The position numbers and the translations under genes are program-made. DNA of 64,000 nucleotides, taken from Acidobacteriota bacterium. Its GTDB lineage: Bacteria; Acidobacteriota; Thermoanaerobaculia; UBA5066. Under the pieces are notes generated by a model that did no database searches, was not told the DNA's origin, and saw only the letters and a list, made by a program, of their open reading frames with translations. The DNA lies in the NCBI GenBank assembly GCA_008363385.1, contig RHKY01000005.1, forward strand, positions 128,518 to 192,517, written 5' to 3'. Shown piece after piece: positions 1 to 14,455 of this stretch. Each line of letters opens with the position of its first letter. Positions within the stretch are counted from its first letter, which is position 1.

Positions 1-1271
1 ACCCCCTCTCGGCGGCAGTCCCCCCCTCCTGGGAGTCCCGCTCGGACTGGGACCTCTTCCGCGCCGTCGCCGCCAAGACGGCCGAGCTGTCGATGCGGCA
101 CTTCCCGGAGCCGGTCGAGGACGTCGTCATGACCGCCCTCGCCCACGACAGCGCCGCCGAGATCGCCCAGGTCGACGTCCGCGACTGGGGGAAGGGCGAG
201 TGCGCGCCGGTCCCCGGCAAGACGATGCCCTCGCTGAAGGTCGTCACCCGCGACTACCGGAAGCTCCTGCAGCGATTCACCGCGCTCGGCCCCGGGGTGC
301 GCGAGGGGATCGGCGCCCACGGCGTGAAGCTGGACGTGAAGGCCCAGCTCGACGAGCTCGTCGCCACGCGCCCGACGACCGTCGTCGACGGCGAGCGGCT
401 CCCCTCGATCCGCGAGGCCGAGCAGGCCGCCGACGTCGTCCTCCACCTCGCCCCGGAGACGAACGGCGAGGTCGCCTGGGACGGCTACCGGTACCTGGAG
501 AGGCGGACCGGCCTTCCGCTCGCCGACCTGGCCGAGGGGGCGCGCTCGCACCGGGTCACGTACAAGGACCTCCAGTCCCAGCCCCGCCGGATCCTCAACA
601 GCCCGTGCTGGTCGGGCCTCGTCACGGACGGGCGGTCCTACTCGGCCTTCACGACGCAGGTGGACCGCCTCGTCCCGTGGCGGACCCTCACGGGCCGCCA
701 GCACCTCTACCTCGACCACCCCGGCTACCTCGACTTCGGCGAGCACCTCCCGACGTACAAGCCGGTGCCGACTCCCGCGCAGTACGGCGACCTCAAGGTC
801 AGCCCCGAGTCGGGGATCCTCCTGAACTACCTGACGCCCCACGGGAAGTGGCACATCCACTCCACCTACTACGACAACCACCGGATGCTGACGCTCTCCC
901 GCGGCATGGAGCCGCTCTGGATCAACGACCGGGACGCCGAGGAGATCGGGGTGGCCGACAACGACTGGGTCGAGGCGCACAACGACCACGGCGTCGTCTG
1001 CACCCGCGCGGCCGTCTCGGCGCGGATCCCGCGCGGGGCCTGCATCCTCTACCACTCGCCGGAGCGGACGATCGGGGTCCCCAAGTCGCCGCTGCGCGGC
1101 GGGCGGCGGGCCGGCGGGCACAACAGCCTGACGAGGATCCGCCTGAAGCCGGTCCTGATGGTGGGCGGGTACGGCCAGTTCACCTTCCACTTCAACTACT
1201 GGGGGCCGACGGGCGTCAACCGCGACACCTCCATCCGCGTCCGCAAGCTGGCCGGCAAGCCGCAGTACTGA
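1..1271 (+). CDS. narG: Respiratory nitrate reductase alpha subunit NarG, C-terminal part (5' end lies outside the window)
   Basis: The frame is open from nt 3 with no stop and runs into ORF 93..1271. The C-terminal molybdopterin-enzyme sequence is followed by narH/J/I in canonical order. Confidence 0.85.
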   Translation, partial: PLSAAVPPSWESRSDWDLFRAVAAKTAELSMRHFPEPVEDVVMTALAHDSAAEIAQVDVRDWGKGECAPVPGKTMPSLKVVTRDYRKLLQRFTALGPGVREGIGAHGVKLDVKAQLDELVATRPTTVVDGERLPSIREAEQAADVVLHLAPETNGEVAWDGYRYLERRTGLPLADLAEGARSHRVTYKDLQSQPRRILNSPCWSGLVTDGRSYSAFTTQVDRLVPWRTLTGRQHLYLDHPGYLDFGEHLPTYKPVPTPAQYGDLKVSPESGILLNYLTPHGKWHIHSTYYDNHRMLTLSRGMEPLWINDRDAEEIGVADNDWVEAHNDHGVVCTRAAVSARIPRGACILYHSPERTIGVPKSPLRGGRRAGGHNSLTRIRLKPVLMVGGYGQFTFHFNYWGPTGVNRDTSIRVRKLAGKPQY

Positions 1272-1281
1272 GGAGAGCCCG

Positions 1282-2771
<1,490 letters not shown>

Positions 2772-2775
<4 letters not shown>

Positions 2776-3377
2776 GCGCGCCCCTCTCCCGCGAGGCGTG
2801 GGACGCGGTCGCCCGCGCGCTCGACTACCCCGGCCCGGGCTCGGCCGAGGAGGCTCGACGGGCGGCGCGGCTCTCCTCGACTGCCCCGGCCCTCTCCGGC
2901 GCCCTGGAGGACCTCGCGGCGTACCTGGAAGCGGCGGCGCCCGGCGAGGCCGAGGAGCGGTACACGAGCCTCTTCGACCTGAGCCCGGTCTGCACGCTCC
3001 ACGCCGGCTGGCACCTCCTCGGCGAGTCGTACGAGCGGGGGGCCCTCCTGGCCGGCCTCGCCGGGGAGCTCCGCGCGGCCCGGGTCGACCCGGGCGTCGA
3101 GCTTCCCGACTACCTCCCCACGCTCCTGAGGCTGCTGGGCGCCCTCGGCGAGGGGGAGATGCGGGAGACGCTCGTCGACGACGTCCTCCGGCCCGCCCTC
3201 GGCAGGATGTCGGCGGCGCTCGCCGAGTCCCCCGCCGCCTGGGCGAGGGTCGTCCGATCGCTCGCCGGCGCGGTCGCCCCGCTCGGCACGGGGAGGTCGT
3301 CGGCGCTCGAAGCCGCCGTCGCCGCCTACGCCCCGCCCCCCTGCGCTTCCGTCGAGGAGGTCAGATCCCGTGCTTGA
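2772..3377 (+). CDS. narJ: Nitrate reductase molybdenum cofactor assembly chaperone NarJ
   Basis: GTG start overlaps the narH stop (gTGa). A ~200-aa Ala/Leu-rich chaperone-like protein sits between narH and narI, in the 3' part of ORF 1326..3377. Confidence 0.7.
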
Positions 3378-4056
3378 CACGCTCCTGTTCGGCGCGCTGC
3401 CGTACGTCGCCGCCGTCCTCTTCCTCCTCGTCTCGATCCAGCGGTACCGGCGCGACCCGTTCACCTTCTCGAGCCTCTCCTCTCAGTTCCTGGAGACGAA
3501 GGGGCTCTTCTGGGGGTCGGTGCCGTTCCACGTCGGGATCCTGACGCTCCTCTTCGGGCACCTCGTCGGCTTCCTCTTCCCGCGGTCGATGACCCTCTGG
3601 AACCAGGTCCCCGTGCGGCTCTTCGTCCTCGAGGCGACGGCGCTGGCCGCGGCCCTCGTGACGCTCTTCGGCCTCGCCGGCCTCGTCTGGAGGCGCGCCA
3701 CGACGCCGCGCCTCCACGTCGCCACGACCGCCGCCGACGTCCTCGTCTACGTCCTCCTCCTCTTCCAGATCGGAACGGGGCTCTGGGTGGCGCTGGGCCT
3801 GCGCTGGGGGAGCGCCTGGTACACCCAGACGGTCGTCCCGTACCTCTGGTCGCTCGTGACGTTCCAGCCCGACGTCCAGCGGGTGGCCGAGCTGAAGCTC
3901 GCCGCCAAGCTCCACGTCGTCGGCGCCTTCGTCCTCTTCGGCGCCTTCAGCTTCACCCGGCTCGTCCACGTCCTCGTGGCGCCGGTCCCCTACCTCTGGC
4001 GGTCGCACCAGCTCGTCATCTGGAACCGCCCGCGGGGTCAGGCGCGCCTCGGGTAG
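3370..4056 (+). CDS. narI: Respiratory nitrate reductase gamma subunit NarI (dihaem cytochrome b)
   Basis: 228 aa, polytopic membrane protein with conserved His residues. Canonical position after narJ, with an 8-nt overlap. Confidence 0.85.
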   Translation: MLDTLLFGALPYVAAVLFLLVSIQRYRRDPFTFSSLSSQFLETKGLFWGSVPFHVGILTLLFGHLVGFLFPRSMTLWNQVPVRLFVLEATALAAALVTLFGLAGLVWRRATTPRLHVATTAADVLVYVLLLFQIGTGLWVALGLRWGSAWYTQTVVPYLWSLVTFQPDVQRVAELKLAAKLHVVGAFVLFGAFSFTRLVHVLVAPVPYLWRSHQLVIWNRPRGQARLG

Positions 4057-4081
4057 GGGGCGTGCGGAGGGGGGCGCGACG

Positions 4082-5644
4082 ATGAGCGAGCGCGGGAAGG
4101 CCTACGCGGTCCTGGCGGCGAACACCGTGGCGTTCACCGCCTGCTTCGCCGTCTGGGTGATGTACGGCGTCCTCGTCACGTTCCTCGTCGACGGCCGTGT
4201 CTACGCCTTCTCGAAGTCGGAGATGGGGTGGCTGATCGGGATCCCGATCCTGACGGGCTCGGTCTTCCGCCTCCCGGTCGGGATCCTCACCGACAAGTAC
4301 GGCGGGCGGCCCGTCTTCGCCGCCGTCATGCTCTTCTCCGCGGCCGCCTGCTGGCTGACGAGCTGGGCCGACGGCTTCTGGGCCTTCGCGCTCGCCGGCC
4401 TCGGCTTCGGCTTCGCCGGGACGGGCTTCGCCGTCGGGATCGCCTACACCTCCCTCTGGTTCCCTCGGCACCAGCAGGGGACCGCGCTCGGGATCTTCGG
4501 GACCGGCAACGCGGGGGCCGCCCTGACGAGCGTGGGGGCTCCCCACCTCCTCCGCTTCCTCACCGGGGACGGGGCGAACCTCGACGGGTGGCGCCAGATG
4601 CCCCGGATCTACGCGATCGCGCTGCTCGTGACGACCGTCGCCTTCTGGCTCTCGACGCACCCGAGGAAGGTCGAGCACGGGCACGAGCTGACGATCCGCG
4701 AGCGGCTCCGGCCGCTGGAGGTGGTGCGCGTCTGGCGGTTCGGCCTCTACTACTTCCTCGTCTTCGGCGGCTTCGTCGCGCTGGCGAGCTGGCTGATCCC
4801 GTACTACGTGAACGCCTACGGGATGTCGGTGGCCACGGCGGGGCTCCTCGCCTCGGTCTTCTCCCTGCCGTCGGGCGTCATCCGCGCCCTCGGCGGCTGG
4901 CTCTCGGACCGGTACGGGGCCCGCAGCGTCATGTACTGGGTCCTCGGCGGCTGCGCCGTCGGCTGCCTCCTCCTCGTCGTCCCCCGGATGGACGTCTTCG
5001 CGCCGGGCGAGGGGGTGATGGCCGCCGCCCCGGGGATCGTCGACCGCGTGACGCCGGACGCCGTCGTCGTCGGAGGGCGCACGCACGCTCTCCGGCCGAA
5101 GCCGCAGGACGCCCCGGTCGACGCCGACGTCCTGGTCTGGCCCGCGTCGAGGTTCTGGCAGGAGCCGGCCGTGAAGACGGGCGACCGCGTCGTCAAGAAG
5201 CAGCTCCTGGCCCGGGGCGTGACGCACGTCTACTTCCAGGCGAACGTCTGGATCTTCACCGTCCTCGTCTTCGTCGTCGGGATCCTGATGGGGATCGGAA
5301 AGGCGGCGGTCTACAAGCACATCCCCGAGTACTTCCCGCGCGAGGTCGGGGTCGTCGGCGGGATCGTCGGCGTCCTCGGGGGGCTCGGCGGGTTCCTCTG
5401 CCCGATCCTCTTCGGCTACGTCCTGCAGGCGACGGGGATCTGGACGACCTGCTGGATGATCCTGGCCCTCCTCTCGGCCGGGTCGCTCGCCTGGATGCAC
5501 GCCGTCGTCCGCCGTCTCCTGGCCGAGCGGGCGCCGCACCTCCACCAGCAGATCGACCGGCCCCACGCCGAGCCGCACCGCTCCGTCGCGGCCCCCGCTC
5601 CCGCCGGGGTCCCGGCGGCCCTCCGGCCGGAGGAGGGGCGGTGA
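4082..5644 (+). CDS. narK: MFS nitrate/nitrite transporter NarK-type, copy 1, with an ~85-aa inserted loop
   Basis: 12-TM MFS with a G-rich motif (GFGFAGTGFAVG) in the nitrate/nitrite porter family. 520 aa, which is ~60–80 aa longer than typical because of a hydrophilic insert at residues ~301–385. Confidence 0.8.
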   Translation: MSERGKAYAVLAANTVAFTACFAVWVMYGVLVTFLVDGRVYAFSKSEMGWLIGIPILTGSVFRLPVGILTDKYGGRPVFAAVMLFSAAACWLTSWADGFWAFALAGLGFGFAGTGFAVGIAYTSLWFPRHQQGTALGIFGTGNAGAALTSVGAPHLLRFLTGDGANLDGWRQMPRIYAIALLVTTVAFWLSTHPRKVEHGHELTIRERLRPLEVVRVWRFGLYYFLVFGGFVALASWLIPYYVNAYGMSVATAGLLASVFSLPSGVIRALGGWLSDRYGARSVMYWVLGGCAVGCLLLVVPRMDVFAPGEGVMAAAPGIVDRVTPDAVVVGGRTHALRPKPQDAPVDADVLVWPASRFWQEPAVKTGDRVVKKQLLARGVTHVYFQANVWIFTVLVFVVGILMGIGKAAVYKHIPEYFPREVGVVGGIVGVLGGLGGFLCPILFGYVLQATGIWTTCWMILALLSAGSLAWMHAVVRRLLAERAPHLHQQIDRPHAEPHRSVAAPAPAGVPAALRPEEGR

Positions 5645-6984
5645 GCGCGCGGGCCGGCTGGCTCGACCGGTGGGAGCCGGAGGACGCCGTCTTCTGGCGC
5701 GAGCGAGGGGCCGCCATCGCCTGGCGGACGCTCGCCGTGACCACCGCCGGCCTCGTCCTCTCCTTCGCCACCTGGTTCGTGGTCAGCGCGCTCGTCGTGC
5801 GGCTCCCCGGCGCCGGGTTCCCCTTCACGACGATGCAGCTCTTCTGGCTCGCGGCGATGCCGGGGCTGGCCGGGGGGACCTTCCGGCTCGTCCACACGTT
5901 CCTCGTCCCGATCCTCGGCACCCGGAACGTGATCACCTTCACGACGTTCCTCAAGCTCGTCCCCTGCCTCGGCCTCGCCTGGGCCGTCGCGACCCCCGGG
6001 ACGACCTTCGGCGTCTTCCTCTTCCTGGCGTTCCTGGCGGGCTTCGGCGGCGGCGACTTCTCCTCGTACATGCCGTCCACGAGCCTCTTCTTCCCGAAGC
6101 GCCTCCAGGGGACCGCGCTCGGGATCCAGGCCGGCCTCGGGAACTTCGGCGTCAGCCTCGCGCAGCTCCTGACCCCCTGGATCGTCGGCTTCTCGGTCTT
6201 CGGCCCGGTCGGCGGCGCGCCGCAGGCCTTCCGGAAGGGGGCGGCGACAGGCTCGATCTGGCTCCAGAACGGGACGCTCGTCTACGTGCCGTTCCTCCTC
6301 CTCGTCGGGGTCCTGGCCTGGGCGTTCCTGCGGAGCGTCCCGGTGAAGGCCTCCTTCTCGGAGCAGCTCGACCTCTTCCGGGACAAGCACACCTGGTTCT
6401 GCACGGTCACGTACGTCATGACCTTCGGCAGCTTCTCGGGCCTCTCGGCCGCTTTCCCGCTCCTGATGAAGACGCTCTACGGAGGCTTCGCCGACGCGCC
6501 CGACCCTCTCCGGTACGCGTTCCTCGGCCCGCTCGTCGGGTCCGCGGCCCGGGTCCTCTCCGGATTCGTCGCCGACCGGGTCGGAGGCGCCGTCCTGACG
6601 CAGCTCGCGGGCCTGGGGATGATGGGAACGGCCGCCGCGCTCGTCCTGGGCGGCTTCCTCGCCCCCGCGTCGCTCGCGTCGTTCCCGGGATTCGTCGGGC
6701 TCTTCCTCCTCCTCTTCCTCCTGACGGGGATCGGGAACGCGTCGACGTTCCGTCAGTTCCCGATCGTCTTCTCGCACTCGCCCCGCCAGGGGGCGCAGGT
6801 GCTCGGCTTCACGGCCGCCGTGGCCGCCTACGGGCCGTTCCTCTTCTCCGCTCTCATCGGGGCCTCCGTCTCGGCGACGGGGTCGCCCGTGGCCTTCTTC
6901 GCCGGCCTGATCGCGTACTGCGCGGTCGCGGTCGCGATCAACTGGTGGTTCTACGCCCGGAAGGGCTGCGAGAGGCCGTCGTGA
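5641..6984 (+). CDS. narK: MFS nitrate/nitrite transporter NarK-type, copy 2
   Basis: GTG start overlaps the narK1 stop (gTGa). 447 aa MFS, paralogous to the upstream transporter. It is the 3' part of ORF 4228..6984. Confidence 0.75.
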   Translation: MSARAGWLDRWEPEDAVFWRERGAAIAWRTLAVTTAGLVLSFATWFVVSALVVRLPGAGFPFTTMQLFWLAAMPGLAGGTFRLVHTFLVPILGTRNVITFTTFLKLVPCLGLAWAVATPGTTFGVFLFLAFLAGFGGGDFSSYMPSTSLFFPKRLQGTALGIQAGLGNFGVSLAQLLTPWIVGFSVFGPVGGAPQAFRKGAATGSIWLQNGTLVYVPFLLLVGVLAWAFLRSVPVKASFSEQLDLFRDKHTWFCTVTYVMTFGSFSGLSAAFPLLMKTLYGGFADAPDPLRYAFLGPLVGSAARVLSGFVADRVGGAVLTQLAGLGMMGTAAALVLGGFLAPASLASFPGFVGLFLLLFLLTGIGNASTFRQFPIVFSHSPRQGAQVLGFTAAVAAYGPFLFSALIGASVSATGSPVAFFAGLIAYCAVAVAINWWFYARKGCERPS

Positions 6985-7013
6985 CGGGCGGGGAGAGGAC
7001 GGAGGAGGCGAAG

Positions 7014-7646
7014 ATGCTCGACCCCACCCGCGGCGGCGCGCACCGGAGGCGCCTCCCGCTCCGGCTCGCCCTTGCGCTCGCCCCGGCGGTGGCCCTCGCC
7101 GCCTGCGAGCCGACGAACCAGGGCTACGCGCCCGACCAGCCGGTCGTCTACTCGCACGCCGTGCACGCGGGCTCGATGAAGATCCCGTGCCAGTACTGCC
7201 ACGTCGCCGCCGAGAGGAGCCGCTTCGCCGGGATCCCGCCTGCGCAGGTCTGCCTGAACTGCCACTCGCAGGTGCAGAAGGACCACCCGGAGGTCCTGAA
7301 GGTGAAGAGGGCCGTCGAGACGGGGACGCCGATCCGGTGGGTGCGGGTCCACCGCCTGCCGGACTTCGTGACGTTCGACCACTCGGCGCACGTGGCCAGG
7401 GGCGTCGCCTGCCAGACGTGCCACGGCCCCGTCGAGACGATGGGGCGCGTGGAGCAGTTCGCCCCGCTGACGATGGGCTGGTGCCTCGACTGCCACCGCA
7501 GGAGCTGGCCCGCCGCCAGGGAGCGCGAGGCCGTCGCCCTCCTGAACGCCCCGCCGAAGGGGCCCGACGGCCAGCCGTACCCGCCCGGGGAGGCCCCGGA
7601 GACCCGCGCCAACCGGCTGACGGACTGCGCCGTGTGCCACCACTGA
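7014..7646 (+). CDS. actA: Alternative Complex III subunit ActA, pentahaem cytochrome c lipoprotein
   Basis: ATG preceded by GGAGGAGG. Lipobox LAAC. Five CxxCH motifs (CQYCH, CLNCH, CQTCH, CLDCH, CAVCH). Followed by actBCDEF. Confidence 0.8.
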   Translation: MLDPTRGGAHRRRLPLRLALALAPAVALAACEPTNQGYAPDQPVVYSHAVHAGSMKIPCQYCHVAAERSRFAGIPPAQVCLNCHSQVQKDHPEVLKVKRAVETGTPIRWVRVHRLPDFVTFDHSAHVARGVACQTCHGPVETMGRVEQFAPLTMGWCLDCHRRSWPAAREREAVALLNAPPKGPDGQPYPPGEAPETRANRLTDCAVCHH

Positions 7647-7655
7647 TGGGGACCG

Positions 7656-7681
7656 GGGGAACCCGGGGCCGGGTTCCCCCG
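7656..7681 (+). promoter_or_regulatory. Strong GC hairpin in the actA-actB intergenic region (GGGGGAACCC...GGGTTCCCCC, 10-12 bp stem)
   Basis: Inverted repeat seen directly, 10 nt after the actA stop. No T-tract follows. Confidence 0.5.
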
Positions 7682-7728
7682 GTAACCCCCTCCACGCCCC
7701 GGGGATGGAACGACCGGGGAGGAGCCCC

Positions 7729-7758
7729 GGGGAGACCAGGGGAGACCAGGGGAGACCG
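7729..7758 (+). repeat. Three tandem direct repeats of GGGGAGACCA, 25 nt upstream of the actB start
   Basis: GGGGAGACCA GGGGAGACCA GGGGAGACCG read directly from the sequence. Confidence 0.7.
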
Positions 7759-7782
7759 GAACCGCGAGGAACGCGAGAGCGA

Positions 7783-10674
<2,892 letters not shown>

Positions 10675-10678
<4 letters not shown>

Positions 10679-12054
10679 GCGCCGTCCCGCGGGAGGCGGC
10701 CCCGCACGTCGAGCCGCTGATCCTGGGCGGCCCCGGCTACGGGCGGATCACGAACGAGATCGCGGCCCCGCTCGAGGCTCGGCCCGGCAAGGCCTGGTGG
10801 GCCCTCTTCCTGGCGGCCGCCTCGCTCCTGGGCCTCGGGGCGGGGCTCGTCCTCTACACGATCGCCACCGGCATCGGCGTCTGGGGGCTGAACCGGACGG
10901 TGGGCTGGGGCTACGACATCACGAACTTCGTCTTCTGGGTCGGGATCGGACACGCCGGGACGCTGATCTCGGCGATCCTCCTCCTCTTCCGGCAGCGCTG
11001 GCGCACCTCGATCGCGCGGGCGGCCGAGGGGATGACGATCTTCGCCGTCGTCTGCGCGGCCCTCTTCCCGTTCATCCACATGGGGAGGCCGTGGCTGGCC
11101 TTCTGGGTCTTCCCGTACCCGAACACGCGCGGCCCGCTGATGGTCAACTTCCGCTCGCCGCTCCTCTGGGACGTCTTCGCGATCTCGACGTACTTCACCG
11201 TCTCGCTCCTCTTCTGGTACGTCGGCCTGATCCCGGACTTCGCCACGCTCCGCGACCGGAGCAGGGGCGTCAAGCAGCGCGTCTACGCGTTCCTCAGCTT
11301 CGGCTGGGACGCCTCGACGCGGACCTGGCAGCGGTACGAGAAGGCGTGCCTCCTCCTGGCGGGCCTGGCGACGCCGCTCGTCGTCTCGGTCCACACGATC
11401 GTCTCGTTCGACTTCGCCACGAGCGTCATCCCGGGCTGGCACACGACGATCTTCCCGCCCTACTTCGTCGCGGGGGCCGTCTTCAGCGGCTTCGCGATGG
11501 TCATCACCCTCCTCCTCGTCACCAGGAAGGCGCTCTCGCTCGAGCGCCTCATCACCGCCAGCCACCTGGAGAAGATGGCCAAGGTCCTCCTGACGACCGG
11601 GATGATCGTCGGCGCGGCCTACGGCACCGAGCTCTTCGTCGCCTGGTACAGCGGCAACCCGTACGAGCGGTTCACCTTCCTCAACCGCGCCTTCGGGCCG
11701 TACGCCTGGGCCTACTGGCTGATGGTGAGCTGCAACGTCGTCGTGCCGCAGGTCTTCTGGTCGGCCCGCGCGCGCCGGTCGGTCCCGGTCCTCCTCGTCG
11801 CCTCGCTCCTCGTCAACGTCGGGATGTGGTTCGAGCGGTTCAACATCGTCGTCACGTCGCTCCACCGCGACTTCCTCCCCTCCTCCTGGAGCCACTACAC
11901 GCCCACGCTCGTGGAGGTCGGCATCCTCCTCGGGAGCTTCGGCCTCTTCTTCACGCTCTTCCTCCTCTTCGTCCGCTTCGCCCCGGTCGTCTCGTTCCAC
12001 GAGGTGAAGCTCACCCTCTCCGAGCAGACGGAGGGCGCCCATGCGCCGCACTGA
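10675..12054 (+). CDS. actC: Alternative Complex III subunit ActC (NrfD/PsrC-like quinol-interacting membrane subunit)
   Basis: ATG overlaps the actB stop (ATGA); RBS AAGGGAGG. Polytopic membrane protein of the NrfD family. Confidence 0.8.
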
Positions 12055-12655
12055 GGCCGACCTCCCGGCCGCCCCGTTCCCCGTCGCCGTGAGGGACGAG
12101 CGCGAGGCGACGCGCGAGGGGACGCGCCGCCGCCTCCACGCCGTGGCCTTCGACGACCCCCACCGGACGCTCGAGGCGGTCCGGGCGCTGCGCGCCGCCG
12201 GCTTCGAGGTGCACGACGTCCACGCCCCGTTCCCGATCCACGGGATCGAGGAGGCGCTCGGCCTCCCCCCGTCGCGCCTCGGCCGGACGGCCTTCCTCGG
12301 CGGGCTCGCCGGGGCCGTCGTGGCGTTCGGCCTGCAGGTCTGGACGCACGCCTACGACTGGCCGCTCGTCATCGGCGGCAAGTCGCCGCTCGCGCTCCCG
12401 TCGCAGGTGCCGGTCAGCTTCGAGCTGACGGTCCTCTTCGCCGCCGTGGCGACCGTCGTCGGCCTGCTGGCCCGGCGGCGCCTCTTCCCTCGGGTCGGCC
12501 ACCGGCCGCCGACGCAGCCGGGGCCGGGGGTCACCGACGACCGGTTCGTCGTCGTGGTCGTCGAGCGCGACGCCGGCTTCTCCTCCGCCCGGTTCGACGC
12601 CGTCCTCTCCCGGCTGCACCCGGTCGAGGTGACCGAGGGGTGGAGGGTCCTGTGA
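12041..12655 (+). CDS. actD: Alternative Complex III subunit ActD (DUF3341-like)
   Basis: ~200 aa with a soluble N-terminal domain and two C-terminal TM helices. Positioned between the NrfD-like and monohaem subunits. Confidence 0.65.
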   Translation: MRRTEADLPAAPFPVAVRDEREATREGTRRRLHAVAFDDPHRTLEAVRALRAAGFEVHDVHAPFPIHGIEEALGLPPSRLGRTAFLGGLAGAVVAFGLQVWTHAYDWPLVIGGKSPLALPSQVPVSFELTVLFAAVATVVGLLARRRLFPRVGHRPPTQPGPGVTDDRFVVVVVERDAGFSSARFDAVLSRLHPVEVTEGWRVL

Positions 12656-13257
12656 GGCGGACCTTGCCGCTCGCGCTCCTCCTCCCGGCCGGCCTGGGCC
12701 TCCTCGGCTGCCGCGGCGGCGAGAACCGCCCCGGCTGGGTCGTCCTCCCCGGGATGGTCGCCTCCGTCCCGTTCGACGCGTACGACCCGAACGCGGCGTT
12801 CCGGACCGGGCAGACGCTCCAGGCGCCGCCCGAGGGGACGGTGCCGATCGGCTCCTCGCCGTTCCCCTACGGCCCCGGACCCGAGGAGGCGGCGCGCGCC
12901 GGGCGCGAGCTGACGAACCCCCTCATCACCCCGACGGAGGCGGACCTGGCCCGGGGAAAGAAGGTCTTCGAGACGGTCTGCGCCGTCTGCCACGGCCCCG
13001 GCGGGGCGGGCGACGGCCCGATCGTCGGCCGCTTCCCGAACCCGCCGAGCCTCCTGGCCCGGAGGGCCAAGGAGCTGCCGGACGGGAGGGTCTTCCACGT
13101 CATCACGCGCGGGCAGGGGATCATGCCCCCCCACGCGCTGCAGGTCGTCCCCCAGGACCGCTGGCGCCTCGTCCTCCACCTGCGCGCGCTCCAGGGGAGC
13201 GCCCCCGTCGCCGTCGCGGGGGCTCCGGCCCCCGCCGCCGAGGAGACGACGCCATGA
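12640..13257 (+). CDS. actE: Alternative Complex III subunit ActE, monohaem cytochrome c lipoprotein
   Basis: Lipobox LLGC, single CAVCHG haem motif, Met ligand region. An alternative GTG start at 12652 overlaps the actD stop. Confidence 0.75.
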   Translation: MEGPVRRTLPLALLLPAGLGLLGCRGGENRPGWVVLPGMVASVPFDAYDPNAAFRTGQTLQAPPEGTVPIGSSPFPYGPGPEEAARAGRELTNPLITPTEADLARGKKVFETVCAVCHGPGGAGDGPIVGRFPNPPSLLARRAKELPDGRVFHVITRGQGIMPPHALQVVPQDRWRLVLHLRALQGSAPVAVAGAPAPAAEETTP

Positions 13258-14390
13258 CGCCGTTCCCCGCGGGCTCTTCCCCCGCGCGCCTCCTGGCCGG
13301 GGTCCTCGTCCCGTCGGCCGGCTTCGCCGGCCTCCTCGCCGTGGCGGCCCTGGAGCCGGCCACCGGCTTCCACGCGCTCCTGTCGGCCTCGCTCTTCGTC
13401 CTGACGCTCTCCCTGGGCGGGGCCGTGTTCACGGCCATCCAGGGGATCTCGGGGGCGCGCTGGTGGGGGCCGGTCCGGCCGGTCGCCTCCGCCCTGGCCG
13501 GGACGCTCCTCGTCCCGGCCGCGGCGGTCGCGGCCACCGTCTTCTTCGGCCTGCGGTCCCTCTACCCCTGGGCGCGGCCCGACGCCGTCGCGGCGAGCCA
13601 CCTCCTGCACGGCAAGACGGCGTGGCTGAACCCGCCCCTCTTCCTGGCGCGCGTCCTCGTCGTCCTGATCGTCTGGCTCGCCCTGACCGCGTTCTTGAGG
13701 GACCGGGCGTCGTCGGCCCGGCCGGGGCCGGCCTCGGCCCTCTTCCTCGTCGTCCTGGCCCCGACCCTGTCGGTCGCCTCGTGGGACCTCGCCATGTCGC
13801 TCGAGCCCGAGTGGTTCAGCACGATGTACGCGGTCTACGTCTTCGCCGGGAGCTTCCTCGGCGGGATCGCGGCCGTGGCGCTCCTGGCCTCGGCCCTCGA
13901 CGCGCGCGGCCTCCTCCCGCGCGGCCTCGGCGCAAAGGAGCGGCACGACCTCGGGAAGCTCCTCTTCGGCTTCGCGACGTTCTGGGCCTACATCTGGTTC
14001 TGCCAGTACCTCCTGATCTGGTACAGCAACATCCCGGAGGAGACGACGCACTACGTGGCCCGCCTGACGCGCGGGTGGACGGCCCTCTTCTGGCTGAACC
14101 CGGTCCTCTCCTTCGCCGTCCCGTTCGCCGCCCTCCTGCCGGTCGCGGCGAAAAGGAGCCGCGCCGTCCTCGTCCCGGTCTGCCTCGTCGTCGTGGCCGG
14201 GCGGTTCCTGGACGCCTACCTCCTCGTCGTCCCGTCGGCCGGCCCCGCCCCCGCCTTCCCGGCGCTGGCCCTGGCCGCCGCGGCGCTCCTCCTCCTCGCG
14301 ACAGGCGCCCTCTTCCTCCGCGGCCTGACGCCGCGCGAGGAGGCCGATCGCCCGCCCGCACGGGGGACCCTGGAGCTCTCGGGCAGCTGA
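13254..14390 (+). CDS. actF: Alternative Complex III subunit ActF (second NrfD-like membrane subunit)
   Basis: 378 aa polytopic membrane protein paralogous to ActC. Overlaps the actE stop by 4 nt. Confidence 0.75.
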   Translation: MTPFPAGSSPARLLAGVLVPSAGFAGLLAVAALEPATGFHALLSASLFVLTLSLGGAVFTAIQGISGARWWGPVRPVASALAGTLLVPAAAVAATVFFGLRSLYPWARPDAVAASHLLHGKTAWLNPPLFLARVLVVLIVWLALTAFLRDRASSARPGPASALFLVVLAPTLSVASWDLAMSLEPEWFSTMYAVYVFAGSFLGGIAAVALLASALDARGLLPRGLGAKERHDLGKLLFGFATFWAYIWFCQYLLIWYSNIPEETTHYVARLTRGWTALFWLNPVLSFAVPFAALLPVAAKRSRAVLVPVCLVVVAGRFLDAYLLVVPSAGPAPAFPALALAAAALLLLATGALFLRGLTPREEADRPPARGTLELSGS

Positions 14391-14455
14391 CCGGGCCGGG
14401 TGGGCGGAAGGCGCCGGGGACCGTGCGGGCCTCCGGACCCCCGAACGAGGGTCCG

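Noticed and set aside
7729-7758. Possible CRISPR-like array (GGGGAGACCA ×3)
   Set aside because: Unit is only 10 nt with no spacers. It is a simple tandem repeat, not a CRISPR.
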